Assembly (NCBI GenBank): GCA_003344405.1
Contig: NOWV01000011.1
Span: 682,001 to 746,000 of the forward strand
Reading direction: 5' to 3'
Source: Trichoplax sp. H2
Lineage: Eukaryota
DNA length: 64,000 bases
The translations under genes were made by a program, and so were the position numbers. The notes below the pieces were generated by a model that worked only from the letters and a program-made list of their open reading frames with translations, was not told where the DNA came from and did not search any database. This document shows positions 34,223 to 48,825 of the stretch, piece after piece (the stretch's first letter is position 1; each line of letters opens with the position of its first letter).

Positions 34223-37200
34223 ACAAGCCTTGTTATGGCTATGATGACCAATAGAATGGATGGTCAAGAGATGCATCCTATGTAGTCAAAGTGAATGATA
34301 AATAGAAATTTCAATTTCGTCAAGGGGTTGGTCGAGAATCCCAACCGTCAAACTTCGATGTCATGGAAAAGATATTTTAAAAATAATATTTCAAAAAAAT
34401 GAAATAGTGGAAAGAATGTCATGGGCGGGGTAGAAGCGCATGCGCTTGTACACCCTTTCAATCCATTAAAAAATCCAATGATGAAATAGCCTTTGTAAAG
34501 CTCATCGGCTTCTTCTTTTGCAGATCAAGTCTTGAGTCAGTTTTCACCTGCATTACCTTGGAGAGTATCCAATGGAGGATAAATCCTTGTTGATGTCACA
34601 AAACGTTGACTTAAGGCAATTTGCACTTTCAAACAGTAGTCAATATACCAATATAGTACTAAGTTACAGATTGACTTTGCCAGCTCATTATTCTACACTG
34701 CATCTTTCCCGCATGACTACATCACTGTATTTCATGATCAATTAGACTCCTTTTTTTATTCCTTTTATCAACTTATACAGTAAAATAAATCTCATACAAT
34801 GATGACAAAGAATTGGCTGTCATTTCGGCTTTACAAACGATCCTTACTATATTTGTGCCATTTTTTTAATGGTAACACCAATTATGTCATGCGAGCTACC
34901 TCATTTCTTAAAAGACCAATAAAAATAATATTCATCAATCAACATAATAGGTCATATTATACCCTAGAATCAGAAATCGTCGATAAGAACCATTTTATTA
35001 GGGCTTTAAGTTATAAATTCTATCGATATCTTTAAAAAGTATTACCATTTGAGGGGTTAGATATACATTAAGTTAGCTTCGTTTCTCAATTCTAGGTGGA
35101 GATATTCACTCAGATCATTATAAATTGATAATGCAGTTATAATTAGTTTTCGAAAATCATAGAAATAGAATTAAAATATTGACATAGATAATCCTTCAGT
35201 AACCGTAATCAATGCAGAATTGGAGCTATACTGTAATAGATACTAAAGGGAGATAGAAAATATAAATGGATAAATCAAAAATGGTGGTGCTATCGATAAT
35301 AATATATAATTCGTCAACTATTTATACTGGAAGATCAACTGGATGTACACTAACACTCATAGTCGTAAAGTACATCATACTCTGACAATACACTATCTCC
35401 TGCTTGATTGCACTTTCTTGTTTTTTCGTGCACGCGATTGCTGGGACATTGTTTCGTCTATCTTAACAATACCCACAATAAGCATTCTTTTTCTTTCTTG
35501 TGCAGGCAATTTATCGTGATCGTAGAATTTTAACGTATCAGCACGAAGGAGAACAAATATTTTTACTTCCTGTGGCAAATATCTGAAGTTGAATTAGTAA
35601 TCCATTGTGCGAATGCGCTTACGTAATGCAATTTTTTAAAATTATTCGTTGTCAAGTCGGGTCAAAATGTATCACTGCAGTACACAGATGTTAGTTCATT
35701 TCTTATCTACTGTCAATACGACGACCGGTTACTATTTTCAATTTATAGCAACCAATCAATAATATTATCTGTATACAATCCCTTTTATTTATAATTAATA
35801 ACATTCGTTTCTAAATTTATACGTTAGTGTTAACTCAATCAGCTGTTATTCTTTTACATATCGTAGCTATTGAGGGAATGAGTAAAGGAGTAAATTAGTA
35901 ATATGGCCATATACTGTACACTAATTTTGAAATGATAGACCGATGACGCATCGATAACGTCATTCTGGCAAGCATATGGCGAAACAACCTTTCCCATAGT
36001 GTACTACTATACAAGTGTCTATTGAATTAGTCGGTTATGGGTTGAAAATAGTCGTTGTACATTGCTTTGGTATAACTTACTAGTTTCATGTTAGGTTTGA
36101 TTTATTTTAGTGCTAGGTTAGGTTAGAGTGAACATTTAATCATTGCAAATAACAATCGGCAATAGATCCATATTCCCCAGAGTAACCATAAGTTTCTGAT
36201 CATCTTTCAACATTTTTGTACGGCATGAATAGTTACTATGGTATGCATCCAACATCCATTGTACAAACACGCTTGCCATATGCTAATTTCGATCCCGATG
36301 TTGGCACAAACAATAGCCAACTGCATCATAGATCATTCAAGAATAGAATAGAAGTTGTTGGAGAATTTTCAACAATCAAGATGCCACGCAATGGGCATCC
36401 CTCTTTATTTGATTTATTTATTGTGATGAGTTATACTGTTAGCGTCGGAGTAAATCTTGGCTGTCAATCATGGAATCAAACAAGGATCAAATTTAGATCC
36501 AACTTGTAGCCAACTGGTTGAAACCACTTCAGCCTACAGCTAGAACATGCTCCAATTGGCCGCACCTACATCACTAACAGTATTAATATCATCAACAATA
36601 TCCATTCTAGTCTAAATCATCATGACGAACAACGAGTAATAGTTAGAATACAATAATGCTAAATAACTACTTCGTTCATGGAAAGAACTTCATGACCAAG
36701 TATTAAGCAATACAATAATATAAAACTACAAATCCAATGCTATGTAAACTTTCTAAAATTGACAATCTGATCATTATTTCATACAGGAACGACGATAATA
36801 GCATCTTAACGAACTAATTACTATCAATCCAAAAAAGAAGAAATAGCAAATAAAATACATGTGAATCATGATGTTTTATACTATAACTATAATAATATTA
36901 AAGGTCCTAATATTATACAACGCTTCCCATCGTCATTGATGATATTTTAGCAATAGATAAAGGGATAAAGCAAACAAATAGCGTATCAAAACAATTACCC
37001 TTTCACATAGTTGGCATCCAAAAGATACATCGATTTTTCGGCAACGCTTGAAATATAGACATCTTTCATAGTATGATCACAAAATAGCGTCATTTACAAT
37101 AGCAAAAAATAAACATTGACTTAGTTGTAGAGAACGCTAAACTACAGTAATTCTTGGACGAAGCTCAGTTTGAATGTAAAGTAAATTTGTTTAGGAAATG

Positions 37201-38224
37201 GTTTCCTAGCAATTTAATGATAAGAAGTAAAAATAAACTCTTCTTCCAATAGAATTATTCCAATGCAGTGACCTTTCTACTAATTTTAATCGACATTGAT
37301 TTAAATTCTACTATACTGTAGCTTAATGTCATAAAATGCAAATAATTTCCAATCAGGAAATTAATTGTTTATGATAAAAAATGAAGCTACTGTATATCAT
37401 GAAAGTAAATAAATTACATTAAGCAATGCTATACGTATTATATCGATCATAACTCAATTATAAAATAATAATGCTAGAATGATAATGCGCGTAGGGTTGA
37501 ACAAGTGCATTAAGGAGGTATATTTTTGGTATGGGATGACTCTTTTGTAAACCAAGTGTAGAACTTCATGATTACTCGGTGAAGTAATTGATTGTAACAC
37601 AGATATCCGCTGTAGTATACTAAAAGTAAATCAAAAATTATTTTTTGGGTAGCCCTAACTGCGAGTATTCTACTTCTTTTTAGCAGTCTTTAACTGTGGC
37701 AGAGTTTACCATTTCTACTGCATACCGAAAGTAACAATCATACTTGCTGAAATTCTCTATTTTCTTTTTCAAATATTTACCATATATACTACCACAGGAT
37801 ATTATTATATCACACACCGAAAGCTAACTTAAGAATATCTATTCAATATAGACGAGCAAATTATAACATTAGACGCAATTTCAGGATCGAAAACAATGCT
37901 CTTAAATAGAGAAAAATAGTTCATTTATTTCAGTATTTGATAGTTAAAAATTTATCACGTGTTTACTGTTTACAATACAGTGAAGTCATATGATTGATAT
38001 ACTATGATTAACGTACGAATATACTCAAATTTGTGCATCGCTTAGTTTAAGATAATCGAAATGCTTTGATGGCGTGATAATGAGCGCACTTTAAAGGAAT
38101 TTATTGCAAGATGATGATCTTTTCACATGTATAAACAACGGAATTTAAAAATACTATCTACTATCTACAACATTGGAACGATTTATATTTCGTATATAGG
38201 ACATCATCACAAAAATGTCAACAC

Positions 38225-41200
38225 CTATTCTAGAGCTGTTACATTCGAAGCAAGATCTGACGGATCAATAGTGCTTTCTGTATCAGAAACTTTAGAATCC
38301 TTAATTTCCTTTTCAGTTATTACTTTCTCTGCACGGAAAAAGATTCTTGCACTGTTAAGTGAGTAATTTAGCAAAGTAAATTCCTATTGATAACAAAAAA
38401 AATAAGTTCTTTAGTTTTAATCATATAGTGTTGTTAGCAGTAAGTAAATATGGTAAGGTTATGTAATAGCTAAATGTATCTACCATAGAGTAAGTTTCTA
38501 ATCGTTTAAGGGTCAAATTCATTGTCTGCTGTAGTTTTTCATCATCTCTTCCACGTTGTCTCGACCTTCGAATTTCGTCCTGGAAAAATAACATTCATAA
38601 GTGACAGAATTTTCAATACATATTTAGTGTTGAACACCGGCTTTAATCGGTGTATAAAGTTTAAGTTAAGAAACAGCTTAAATTACATTTTACAACATGT
38701 ACATGACATACCTTCTCTTTCATAAACCTTCCTTTAACGGATCGAAACCAATGTAGAGAGTCAAATGCACGGTGTTGATCCAGTAGTTTTAAGATGTAGG
38801 CTACCCCTGTAAATGCATACATTTGGACGTATTTTAACTTAGAATAACGGTATAGGCTTATTTTCGGCAACTGAGTTGTATCAAACAACAAGTAACGGGA
38901 AGAAACTGTCAACTTGTATGCAAGTGAAAAATTTAAAGGATTATCCTTGCTGTTACAAGCATTACTTTTTACAATATTTTGCAAAACCTTAAAATCTTGA
39001 ATATGGTATACTTTTTAATACTTTTATTTACAAAAATATTACTTGCTAATCGCAATCTTAATTTTTGACTTCACTAATTGTGGTATTCATTACTTAAAAT
39101 GTCATCATTTAACCAATGTCATAGTTCATAACGGAAAACTAAGTATAAGTACTATTATAAAGAAAACCAAATGAATGCTCAAATTTTTTATACCGTATAC
39201 AGCTATTCAATTTTTCCATACATATAGAAACATAATATATCGAAGTGAGCTTTTAATCTATAGTTATGATAAAGAGAGTATTTACCCATAGCAAAACCGT
39301 CATCCGTAAATCCAGCGCCGACTTTATTTTTTCTATTTAATTTCTCTTTGGCTGAAATCATGTGCTCCACGTAGTTGATTGTCTGGTAATGATTTAATTT
39401 ATTAACTACAACTATGAATACGTACGCAAATATCACAAATCTAACAAAATTACTAACCATTGGAGGTATGATTGCATAGAAATTACTTAAGTGCTTATTT
39501 TTAGGATCCCTAAATTCCGGCGCATAGACGTCAACTAGCATCTATTACGTAAGATAAATATCGTGATATTTTGATTTTAATTATGCCGTTAAACTAATGC
39601 GTTTATTCGTACCAAAAACGGTCCAGTACCTTAAAATACTCAGTACCCTCAGTGAAATTTTTAACCAAGTTACTTATAACACCATCCAAGTTAGTAGCAG
39701 CCTTTTTGGTATCCTCCGATAAATTCTCAGCATCAACGTATTCGAGAAAACTTGGCATTTCCTCCAAATCCGGAATGAATCTTCGCAGATTTATGATACA
39801 TAACTTATTATCATGATAGTATTCACTATCGCACAAATTTAACATACATAACATCAATCAATCAATATACCGAATAGCATTGCCACAACAATGTAAACCC
39901 CCTGAACGAATCATTCGTATATAACCCATGGCATTTCCTATAGTAATAGTTAAAGACAGATATCGTTAATATAATACTTCAATAAGCAATGTGAGGTAAT
40001 AATTATTTCGATCATTATACAGTCAAGGTTAATCTATAATACACTAATAGCTTTTTCATACCAATTTGACTTATTAAATTTCTAAACTGATCCAAGTAGC
40101 TCTGGCCATCCGATGATAACCCAAGCTTTCGTATGCCTTTATTAAATTTTTCTGCTCTTTCATAAGGATACTGTCAAAAGAAAATTAGCAACCACTTTAT
40201 TCCTAACAGTACTAAATTATAATTTAGTCTACAGGATCTTAATATGAGCTAGCATGAAAAAGTTCTTACCCTATAATCCAGGTCTACTTTATTCTCCTTA
40301 TAGTATCGAATATCCTATAGCAGATATTAGTGTACAAAAATTTTCTCTGGTAAGATATCATAATAAGGGACAGCACAAATAGAAAAATGTCGTACTATTA
40401 CGTGCTGCCGTGCATACCTTAATAAGTCTAGCCTTTATATGTTCATCATATAAAAATTGTGAAAAAATGAAAAACTTCTTTCGTAATAGTTGATATGTAT
40501 AGTTGACCTACAGTATAACAAAATCAACGATTAATGATAAAATCTTTAAGCTTCATCAACTTCCTCAAGAGATAAAATTTATGTATTATATTTTATCTCA
40601 TTTTTCTATTTTGATCTACTAAATTTAATTCAATCAACAAAATTTATGAAGACTTTTGTGTATAGAAACGACAGTAAAAACAAAATCCCGTCAAGGCATC
40701 CAAACTTTAAATTATAATTAGAGACTAAAATGATTGCTTACAGCAGTATTCATGATTCCGATTCCATGAGTACGGATCGAATTGGAGATGTGATCGATAT
40801 TAATTGTATTAAGGTGCTTGCTATTTGATGATCGTTCAACAAATACTTGGTTATTCAAATTGTACACATAGTGTGTAACGAAAATATGAAGATTTCTCAT
40901 GATTTCAAGTACATCTAGGCCCTTTTAAAGTTAAGAATTCATCGATAAAATGAAACTCTATCCATTAACGTTAATTGCATATCGCAAAGGTTGCACAAAT
41001 GATAATTTGATTACCTGTTCTAATGTCTGACTTGGCAAATGGGCTTCAGCCATAATCAAACCATATTTCTGACCAGCAAGAGTCCTCATCTCACCGTACG
41101 TCTTCCAATCGTGTAAAGCTACCGTAGTAAGATTATAGAATGTCTCTTCTAGATAGTTGGTTATGTGCTCTACAACAAATCGGATTGTATCGGTTAAATT

Positions 41201-44200
41201 ACATGTAGCTAATTCTATCTATTATATACGTATATTAGATAGAAAAGTGTCAAACTTATACCTTTTAGATTTATGAAATTATCAAAGAATCGAATAGGGC
41301 GACATTTCATAAAATGAGAGAGATCTCTTAAGCCAACCTGTACGATAGAATAAGTATCACATTCTATAAGAACACAGGCTTACACAGCGATTTCTTAGCA
41401 AAAGTCTTTGCTCTAAGTGTAAAACCTTGAAAGGATTTCTATCGTCTAATTTCAAGTGTGAATGAATATGCAACCGAAGATCGGTCTCAACTTCGCAGCA
41501 GAGCGGCTGCAAGAGGTGCTAATAACATGTGAAGATTGTACGAAAATGAGTTGAATTTTCATTAATATGATCGATATAAAACAGCAGCACAAACATTACA
41601 CCTACCTCTTTGATTTCGCTCATAACATTTTCCTGAAAGGCCTTCAACATTTTACCTTTATTTAACTCATGTTTAGCTTTGCGAAGCATTGGTACACAAT
41701 CACGAACAGCTCCAAGCATGTACTAATTTAAAATCAGAAAATTAGTTAAAATTCAGTACAAAAGTGCATTAAGACGGTTGCTTACGTGAATCCTGTGACA
41801 TTCTGCAGGATTTTCAAACAAGTCTTGTAAATATACTGGAAAGACAACCTAAATAAATAGCATTTATTAGAAATAATCCTGTAGCATGCATAGTTTTGGA
41901 AGATAAGTAAGCATTAGTCATTTTAATTTAAAGTTCATTCATACATTATGCCAGTATACAAAGCTGCAATCACACGCTTCCTTTATCCTATAATTTCATG
42001 TACGAAAAACAAATCCAAATCAGCTTCTACACGGAAAAAATCCTATTTATGTATGAATGGTATTAATTACGCTGCTACATGATAACTTGCCTATGACCCA
42101 AATTCGCCAATGTGTCCAATGCTTTAGTCAATCCAATTATGAATGATAACTCATCATCTTTAAAGCAACGCTAAGCGAATCAAAAGTTAGATATTCAGAA
42201 TACAGTTAAAATCTCAAGAGTGTATATTACTAATCAGGAAGAATGCATACCATCTGTAAAGCCACACAAATAGCTAAGCGACAAATCAATATTCTCTCTT
42301 TTGTTCCTACAATACAATAGAGTTTTGTAGCTTGACGCATTCGCTAAATAAAACTTAAATTTATTCTGTAGCCTTACACTAATAAATAATAATTTGAGAT
42401 AAAACGAAGACAAACCTGGACCATTTAAAGCATTCTGAGCTAAAATTAAAGCTGACAGGACGTCCTATCCACATATTGTAATGATATGTTAAGATATTAT
42501 CTTCCTACTATGCTATAGTAAGATAAATTAAAAAGAAGAATGCTCACCAATCTAGCTTCTGTGTATTTTTTGTCGGACCTTAAACGCTTCTAAAAGAACA
42601 TAAGAATAATATTAGAATCACATACAGATGATAACGACAAAAGATATTTAATACTGTACATACCTTAGACTTTTCAATCGCCTTTAACAAGAAATATACG
42701 ACAAACTGAATAACAACATTAATTGATTCAGCTATAACAACAGAGCGTCGGTGAAAAGTGTGATCGATTGCCTACAAGAATATTACATATCTTTCATGAA
42801 GTCAATCCTGATAAAAATTCAGAAATCATGCTATCCACCTACCTTTAGCATTTCTACCACTCTACAAATCGATAATACCGAACTTTTAGACATTGGCTTA
42901 CCAAGAACAATATGCATGTTCAAAACAGCACGTACTAATAAACTTAGTTTATTAGCGAATGTAACGCCCTAAACAATAGTTTAAAAGCCAAATATTAATT
43001 TTTATGCAAATGCTAAAATTGATACACCTCCTAAATCGAAGATCGCTTGATGTAAAAACGGAACCTGAACTAGCAACTTGTATCTTCGATTGAGGTCAGC
43101 AGACGTTTCCTTGTCTCGGCTAAGTAGTTCTGATTCCATTTGGACCATCCAGGTACTAACTAGCAAATGGTACTGTTGTACGTCCCTACAATAATGCAAT
43201 TATTTATTCGATCAATCTTTGAAAGACTATGAAGATTAGATTTAATTTTCTAATGAATTACGCCTCATAATAGAACTGACCTAGATAAAGATTGACTAGC
43301 ACTAGTTAGATAAGACGATTTCGCTGCATTCGCCATTGTGATTAATTTTCTGTCGAGATTCTTACTATTAGAAGCAGGTGGCCAATGATTAATTATAAAA
43401 TCTGATATAAACCAAACAATGTTGCCAACAACATGGACTCCTGGAATCTGTAAAATACAGATAATAAATTAAATGATCGTTTCTATACATTCTTAAAATA
43501 AGTGTTATTTACGGCAGCAATTACATAAATTCGCATAACACTGAAATAATATTTACAATACCTTCTTTGCATATTCTAATATTGACTTGACCATTTTTTT
43601 TTCCACCAGATTAAAAACATGATAATGCAATACTAACAATCCACATATACCGATGATATTATCGCGTTGATCAATTTCTTCTGCAGCTGCAGTACATAAA
43701 AGAGTCATTAATTAAATAGTAAAGTTATATTTGTAAGGTTGACTTGAGAATGTGATATTTGAATGCAAAATTTACCGTTCGACTGTTCAGTACGCTTAAA
43801 ATAGGATAATAAGTTTGCTCGAAACTCCTCTTCAAATGCACCGTTTCGGGTAACGCTCACGAACCCATCATCAAATGCTCGAGTTACACAGGACTAGGTT
43901 TTAAATGCGAAATAAATTAATTCCTCGAAAGTTATTATAATAACATATATAGCTGCATAACTACCGCCAAAGGATAATTAACCATACCTTAAATATGACA
44001 CCATTAAAGACTTTTCCATCTATCCTATTAACTAATTTATCTAGCTGTCGAAGTTTAGCAGAATCGATATCATAACGTTGTGGGTCAGCCAGGGCAGATT
44101 TGATCATTCTACGCTCGAATAATATTGTTTGTGAAAAAAAAAGAATTATTAAACGATCTATACTGAGGTGTTAATAGCGGTTAATCAACGAGATATGACG

Positions 44201-46559
44201 ATGTTAACCTTTTGTAAAGCTGCCAATGTTGGATCATGACGTTATTATTATCCATGATTTCGTCCAATGTAATGAGGATGGTAAGTAAATCGCCCAAATG
44301 TTCATATACCGGCTACATAACAAAAGGAAGAGACAGATTACAAAATTTATATCACATCAGTTAATATATCAATTGACTAACTGAACTTTTCTAGACAACC
44401 GGTATTACGATACCTCAAAGTGTACTCCCTGGACATTCATAACAGCATTTATACTTCTAAATTGCAAAAATACCGAGTTCAGGAATTAATTCCAGTTTGA
44501 TATAGCTTTGAATAACAATTTAAACAAGTTTTACTTTTTGCCTTGATGGAGCATAGCTAACTGCTGGACAACATTCTTAAGGACATCGCCGCACCTTCCA
44601 ACAAAATTTGTCAAATGCTAGTTGCGAAAAAGAGAAGGTTTAATCATTAATTTTTATTATGCAACGACAGTAGTACAATTATCCTTTAAAATGACTCATT
44701 AGTTTTACTAGATTACAAAAAAAAAATTGTACGTTTACTAAATAGTATGTTGGAGATATACCTGCAAAACTGATAGCATTTTACCCATTTTCATATACGC
44801 TTCATGGATCTGTTGTTGCTCTTCATCCTCTGCAATAATCGGAATATCAATCATCAAAATGAAGAAGTTACTAAATAGTTTAAGGTAGCTTTACATAAAT
44901 TACTGTAAATATTATTCGTACAATCAGAATATATGTACTATTTTACCTCCTTCCCCATATAGGACCAGTGCCGGATAAAGTTCATTCTTAGCCTATTCTC
45001 GGAAAAGAGACACTTATGAGATGAAAGAATATCGTCAAATAGGCAAATATTTCTTAAACTACCTCGTATTCCAGACGTTTTATTTCGCAACAAACAGCAG
45101 CCAAGACAGTCATAACTTTGTTAAGTATCTATTATAGTCAAGGAGTAGCCTTAGTCAACATACTGTAAGTACAGTGGATCAACGCACTTGGAATTCTCGA
45201 TATATTAACAATGCCTTTTGAGATTTTATTTCATAACTATTTTGTTCATACCTTATTATCAGTCTTGATCAACTGCGTTAATGATGCTTGTTCATAAGGT
45301 AAAATCTATCATGTATATTTAAAAAAACAGTTGGAGACGATTCATCAAGCACGTTTTGGTCGAGCGTCAAAACACGAACAGCTATGTAACATAAAAGTAC
45401 TGTAATGTAGTGTTATTGATAATATTGTATCTTTTATTGTGATGCTTTAGTCTACTGAAATAGCGGCATCTTTTAAATTAAAGTGTCTTTATCGAGCTGC
45501 TATAATATAATCACCAGGAGTATCTACGGTTGTCTAAGCGATCGTAAACGCTAGGAAATTTTTACATCGATATAGAAGTTAAGCTCCATAAACAGTGTGT
45601 AAACCATCTTACGAGGTTGCAGTATAAGATGCTTTTACAGTTACATGACGTAATGCCTAGGTATTAACTAGTTAATACAGTAGTAACAATGCGTGATTCA
45701 TTACACAGTAATAATGATAACCTGCAAATATCAAAATTAACAGTATTGCATTGAATTGAAGGCATCGGAGTAATCGTCTACCTGCCAGCTAACGACTGTG
45801 CACTAGTTATGAAACGGCAAATTTGCCATTTAAGTTACACATAGTATCGTACTGTAAAGGCACATTTTTGTGCTTTGCATTCTGAACCAAAATCACTACT
45901 AGTGTCACTAGAAGACTGACTACCGAATTGGTTCCTATGTAATAGTATGATAGAAGACTATAGCAGCGGAGAATTTCAACGAAATACATAGTAAAGAATA
46001 TAGTTACATGTAATGAAGCAGGATCCATGGTAAAATCCCAAGCATCGCTAAGCGAGTGACTTAGTGCTTCTTGTATCGCTTTGAGATGATCCGTGTATTC
46101 GCCAAGGAATTCATTATACTTTCGACTTATTATACTTTCAAAATTGACTAATAAAAACAAGGTACAATTGGATTGAAAGTTTCTTTAACATAAATGAATA
46201 CAGTTTCACATAAGAAATAGTTGTCTGTACCATTTTGTCTATCACAACTTAGTACAAATGATTATAAAGTAAGACAGTTATTGCTAACAACTGCACTGTC
46301 AAGAGTAATGAAATAGCAAATGATGTTGCAGGTCTCTGCTTGCTATCATTGTACTACTGCACTGCAATTCAACAAAATAATATTTCCATCCAGATATTAC
46401 CTATTATAACATGCACTAGAAACTGATAACACCGATAGCTTAAAAATTTCGGCTTTCTCCACTATTACATCAAAAATGGATTTTACATACGATCTACTTA
46501 CGTAACGATCCATCATTAAAGGCATCAAATTGCCAGTCTTGGCTGTCGGAGACTGCCAT
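38225..46559 (-). CDS. WASHC4: WASH complex subunit 4 (SWIP/KIAA1033), many short exons
   Basis: [25 protein letters not shown]...[88 protein letters not shown]; stop TAG 38225-38227. Confidence 0.93.
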
Positions 46560-46616
46560 TTTTCTTTCACGTGATCTGCTAAGCTAATCGAGCCCACCGT
46601 TGCTTCTGACTATGGT

Positions 46617-46795
46617 TGTACAGTACGTACAGTACAGTACAGTCCACTTGTACAGTGTACAGTACTTCCCCTGTTACCGTAAAGCATAGTACAGTACTGT
46701 ACTGTACTGTACTGTCTAGCTCAAGAAAAAAGCACTGCGCAAACTCATGGTACTGTAGTATAATGTTCCACAGTACTGCAGTGAGTGTAGTCCAT
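46617..46795. promoter_or_regulatory. WASHC4 promoter with TACAG/CTGTA array and GTAGTCCAT motif
   Basis: tgtacagtacgtacagtacagtacagt...gtactgtactgtactgtactgt 60-230 bp upstream of the ATG; gtagtccat at 46787. Confidence 0.55.
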
Positions 46796-47957
46796 TTAGG
46801 GCCATGACGTCATCAACTTGATGGTACTGCAAACATTAGTTCACTTAGGTACTGTGGCAGCGACTTGTAAGAAGAAAACTGAGAGAATTTCTCTTACTTA
46901 AATGGCACTGAATTCGGGACTCCAGAAGTTACAGTAAACTAATTTTGAATCTCCCATTTGATGGACTCTTTTTACGCCCCCCTCCCTCCCCGTACGAAGA
47001 TTAGCAGTTGGCCATTGAACCTCAATTATTTTTAAGTCGTTAAAGGCCAGCTGACCCTAAAACAAGATGAAAAATGACTTCAAAATCGAATACTAGACTA
47101 TAGTTTACAGATGATGAAGCCAGTCAACATGCATCAACCGTGCACCTGTTGTGCGCAGTGTAGTGGTGGTAAAATTCGCAATCTTGTTGCATGTCGTTCT
47201 TTTTCAAGACGTTAAAATGGGATATTACAGCTTGCAATCATGGTAGAGCATAACTATCAAGCATTAATAGTTACTGTACTGTAGTAAAATTGTACTCAAT
47301 GACTTGTTATGGATTGAGTGTTTGAAGACAGTCAGCCGAATGAGATTTCAGCATCAAGAGACAACCATGAAGGTTGATCTTAATTATATTTGGGCAAATT
47401 TTTATTAAATCACGAAACAGGTCACCGTAAGATACACATAATACTGGAATGCATGCTAAGTTTCGAAAGTTAAATAATCACTTCCTTCCGCTAGAAAATA
47501 CTAGTGATGATATTTAAGTAGTGGATTGTCACACACCACTAGTGACAAAGTAGTCTACACACGCCAATCCTTGCGGCGAACGCCACTTACTAACTTAAAG
47601 AGGCGAGATTAGCTATATCACCAAATAATTCAGTTCCAACGACCGAATACTATGGTATAATTATAGCGTCACAGATGATGTAGACGAGATAGTCTGAGAT
47701 TTACTATCATTTATTACTGAAGGAATCTTGGCACCCAAGATTATAGTCTTTACAATTAAACATCAATTGAAAAACTAGTTGACTATCCAACCGACTAACT
47801 AACTAAAAAGGAATTAACATGGATATAATTATATATTTTAATAGACAATTATCTTATTGTTGTTTGAGGAAGAGGATATTACTACTGTATGACAACAACT
47901 CCGTAGAGGAAAACCTGCTATGTAGTCGAAAATTGATCAGAAGAACACAGTCGTAGG

Positions 47958-48825
47958 CTAGTTTAAATGTGGACCACCGACCCACCAGTTTGTTGTTGTA
48001 CTATTTGCTATGCAAGAAAATCGTCAATTGATGGCATCATAATTATCAAAGACGTTTTCACTCCCTGATATAGCGGGATACCTTAAATTACCTACAGTGC
48101 GCGTTAGCTGTTGGAAGGTTGATAGTCAGATGATAATAATCCTGATAACTGAAAAATGGAATGCTGCATTTACTACACATATAATCCGCGGATATTAATG
48201 TAATCAACTACAGCATAAGTCCAAGGGGATCTGGGATGGAGAAAGTAATTGTAGGCATAAAATGATACCCTTAAGTAATCACGATGATTATGTATTCCTT
48301 TTACGTCGTCGCTATTAAAATTACACATAGCATGAAAATGTGTTGATGGACAAGCATTGATCAACGTCGTCATTTTGGATCTGCTAAATCGATAATTTAT
48401 CCAATTGGGTGCGCATTCATTAATCGGTGCATCATAATGAAAGCTCGTTTGAAAAGCATTTTTACGTGAATATCTTAACCACGACGATTTAATGTGAGTC
48501 TATGGAAATCTATGATCTGAATAAAAATCACAAAATGCCAAATAGGGATTACTGGTAGAATCGTGTAGAGTAAAATATCTGTTTTGCGAAGTATGGTATG
48601 TTGTTCTGATAGCAGCGCAAGTCGTCGGCTTAAGTTGAATTGCCTAGTTTCAAAAATTTGCGTAGCTGCAGTAGGTAGATTCAGTAGAGAGAAGTTTTAA
48701 ACCGATTCGGAGCTATAAACGCACCATTCTCAACATAGACAGCCTATAACTTACCGCTAATCTTGCAATGGTAACATGCCTAATAATACCAGACAAGTAC
48801 ACAAAATGAGTTGAATCTTTTTCAT
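47958..48825 (-). pseudogene. Secreted fibrinogen-related-like family, copy A (pseudogene)
   Basis: Homologous to 53518-54513; 1-nt deletion in the signal exon, TAG replacing the conserved Trp (DHRFP*TH), further disruption after YINIRG; ends NWWVGG. Confidence 0.85.

Noticed and set aside
33056-36509. Several 60-97 aa ORFs in the MAGI-WASHC4 interval
   Set aside because: No recognisable homology or consistent splice frame; many have non-ATG starts
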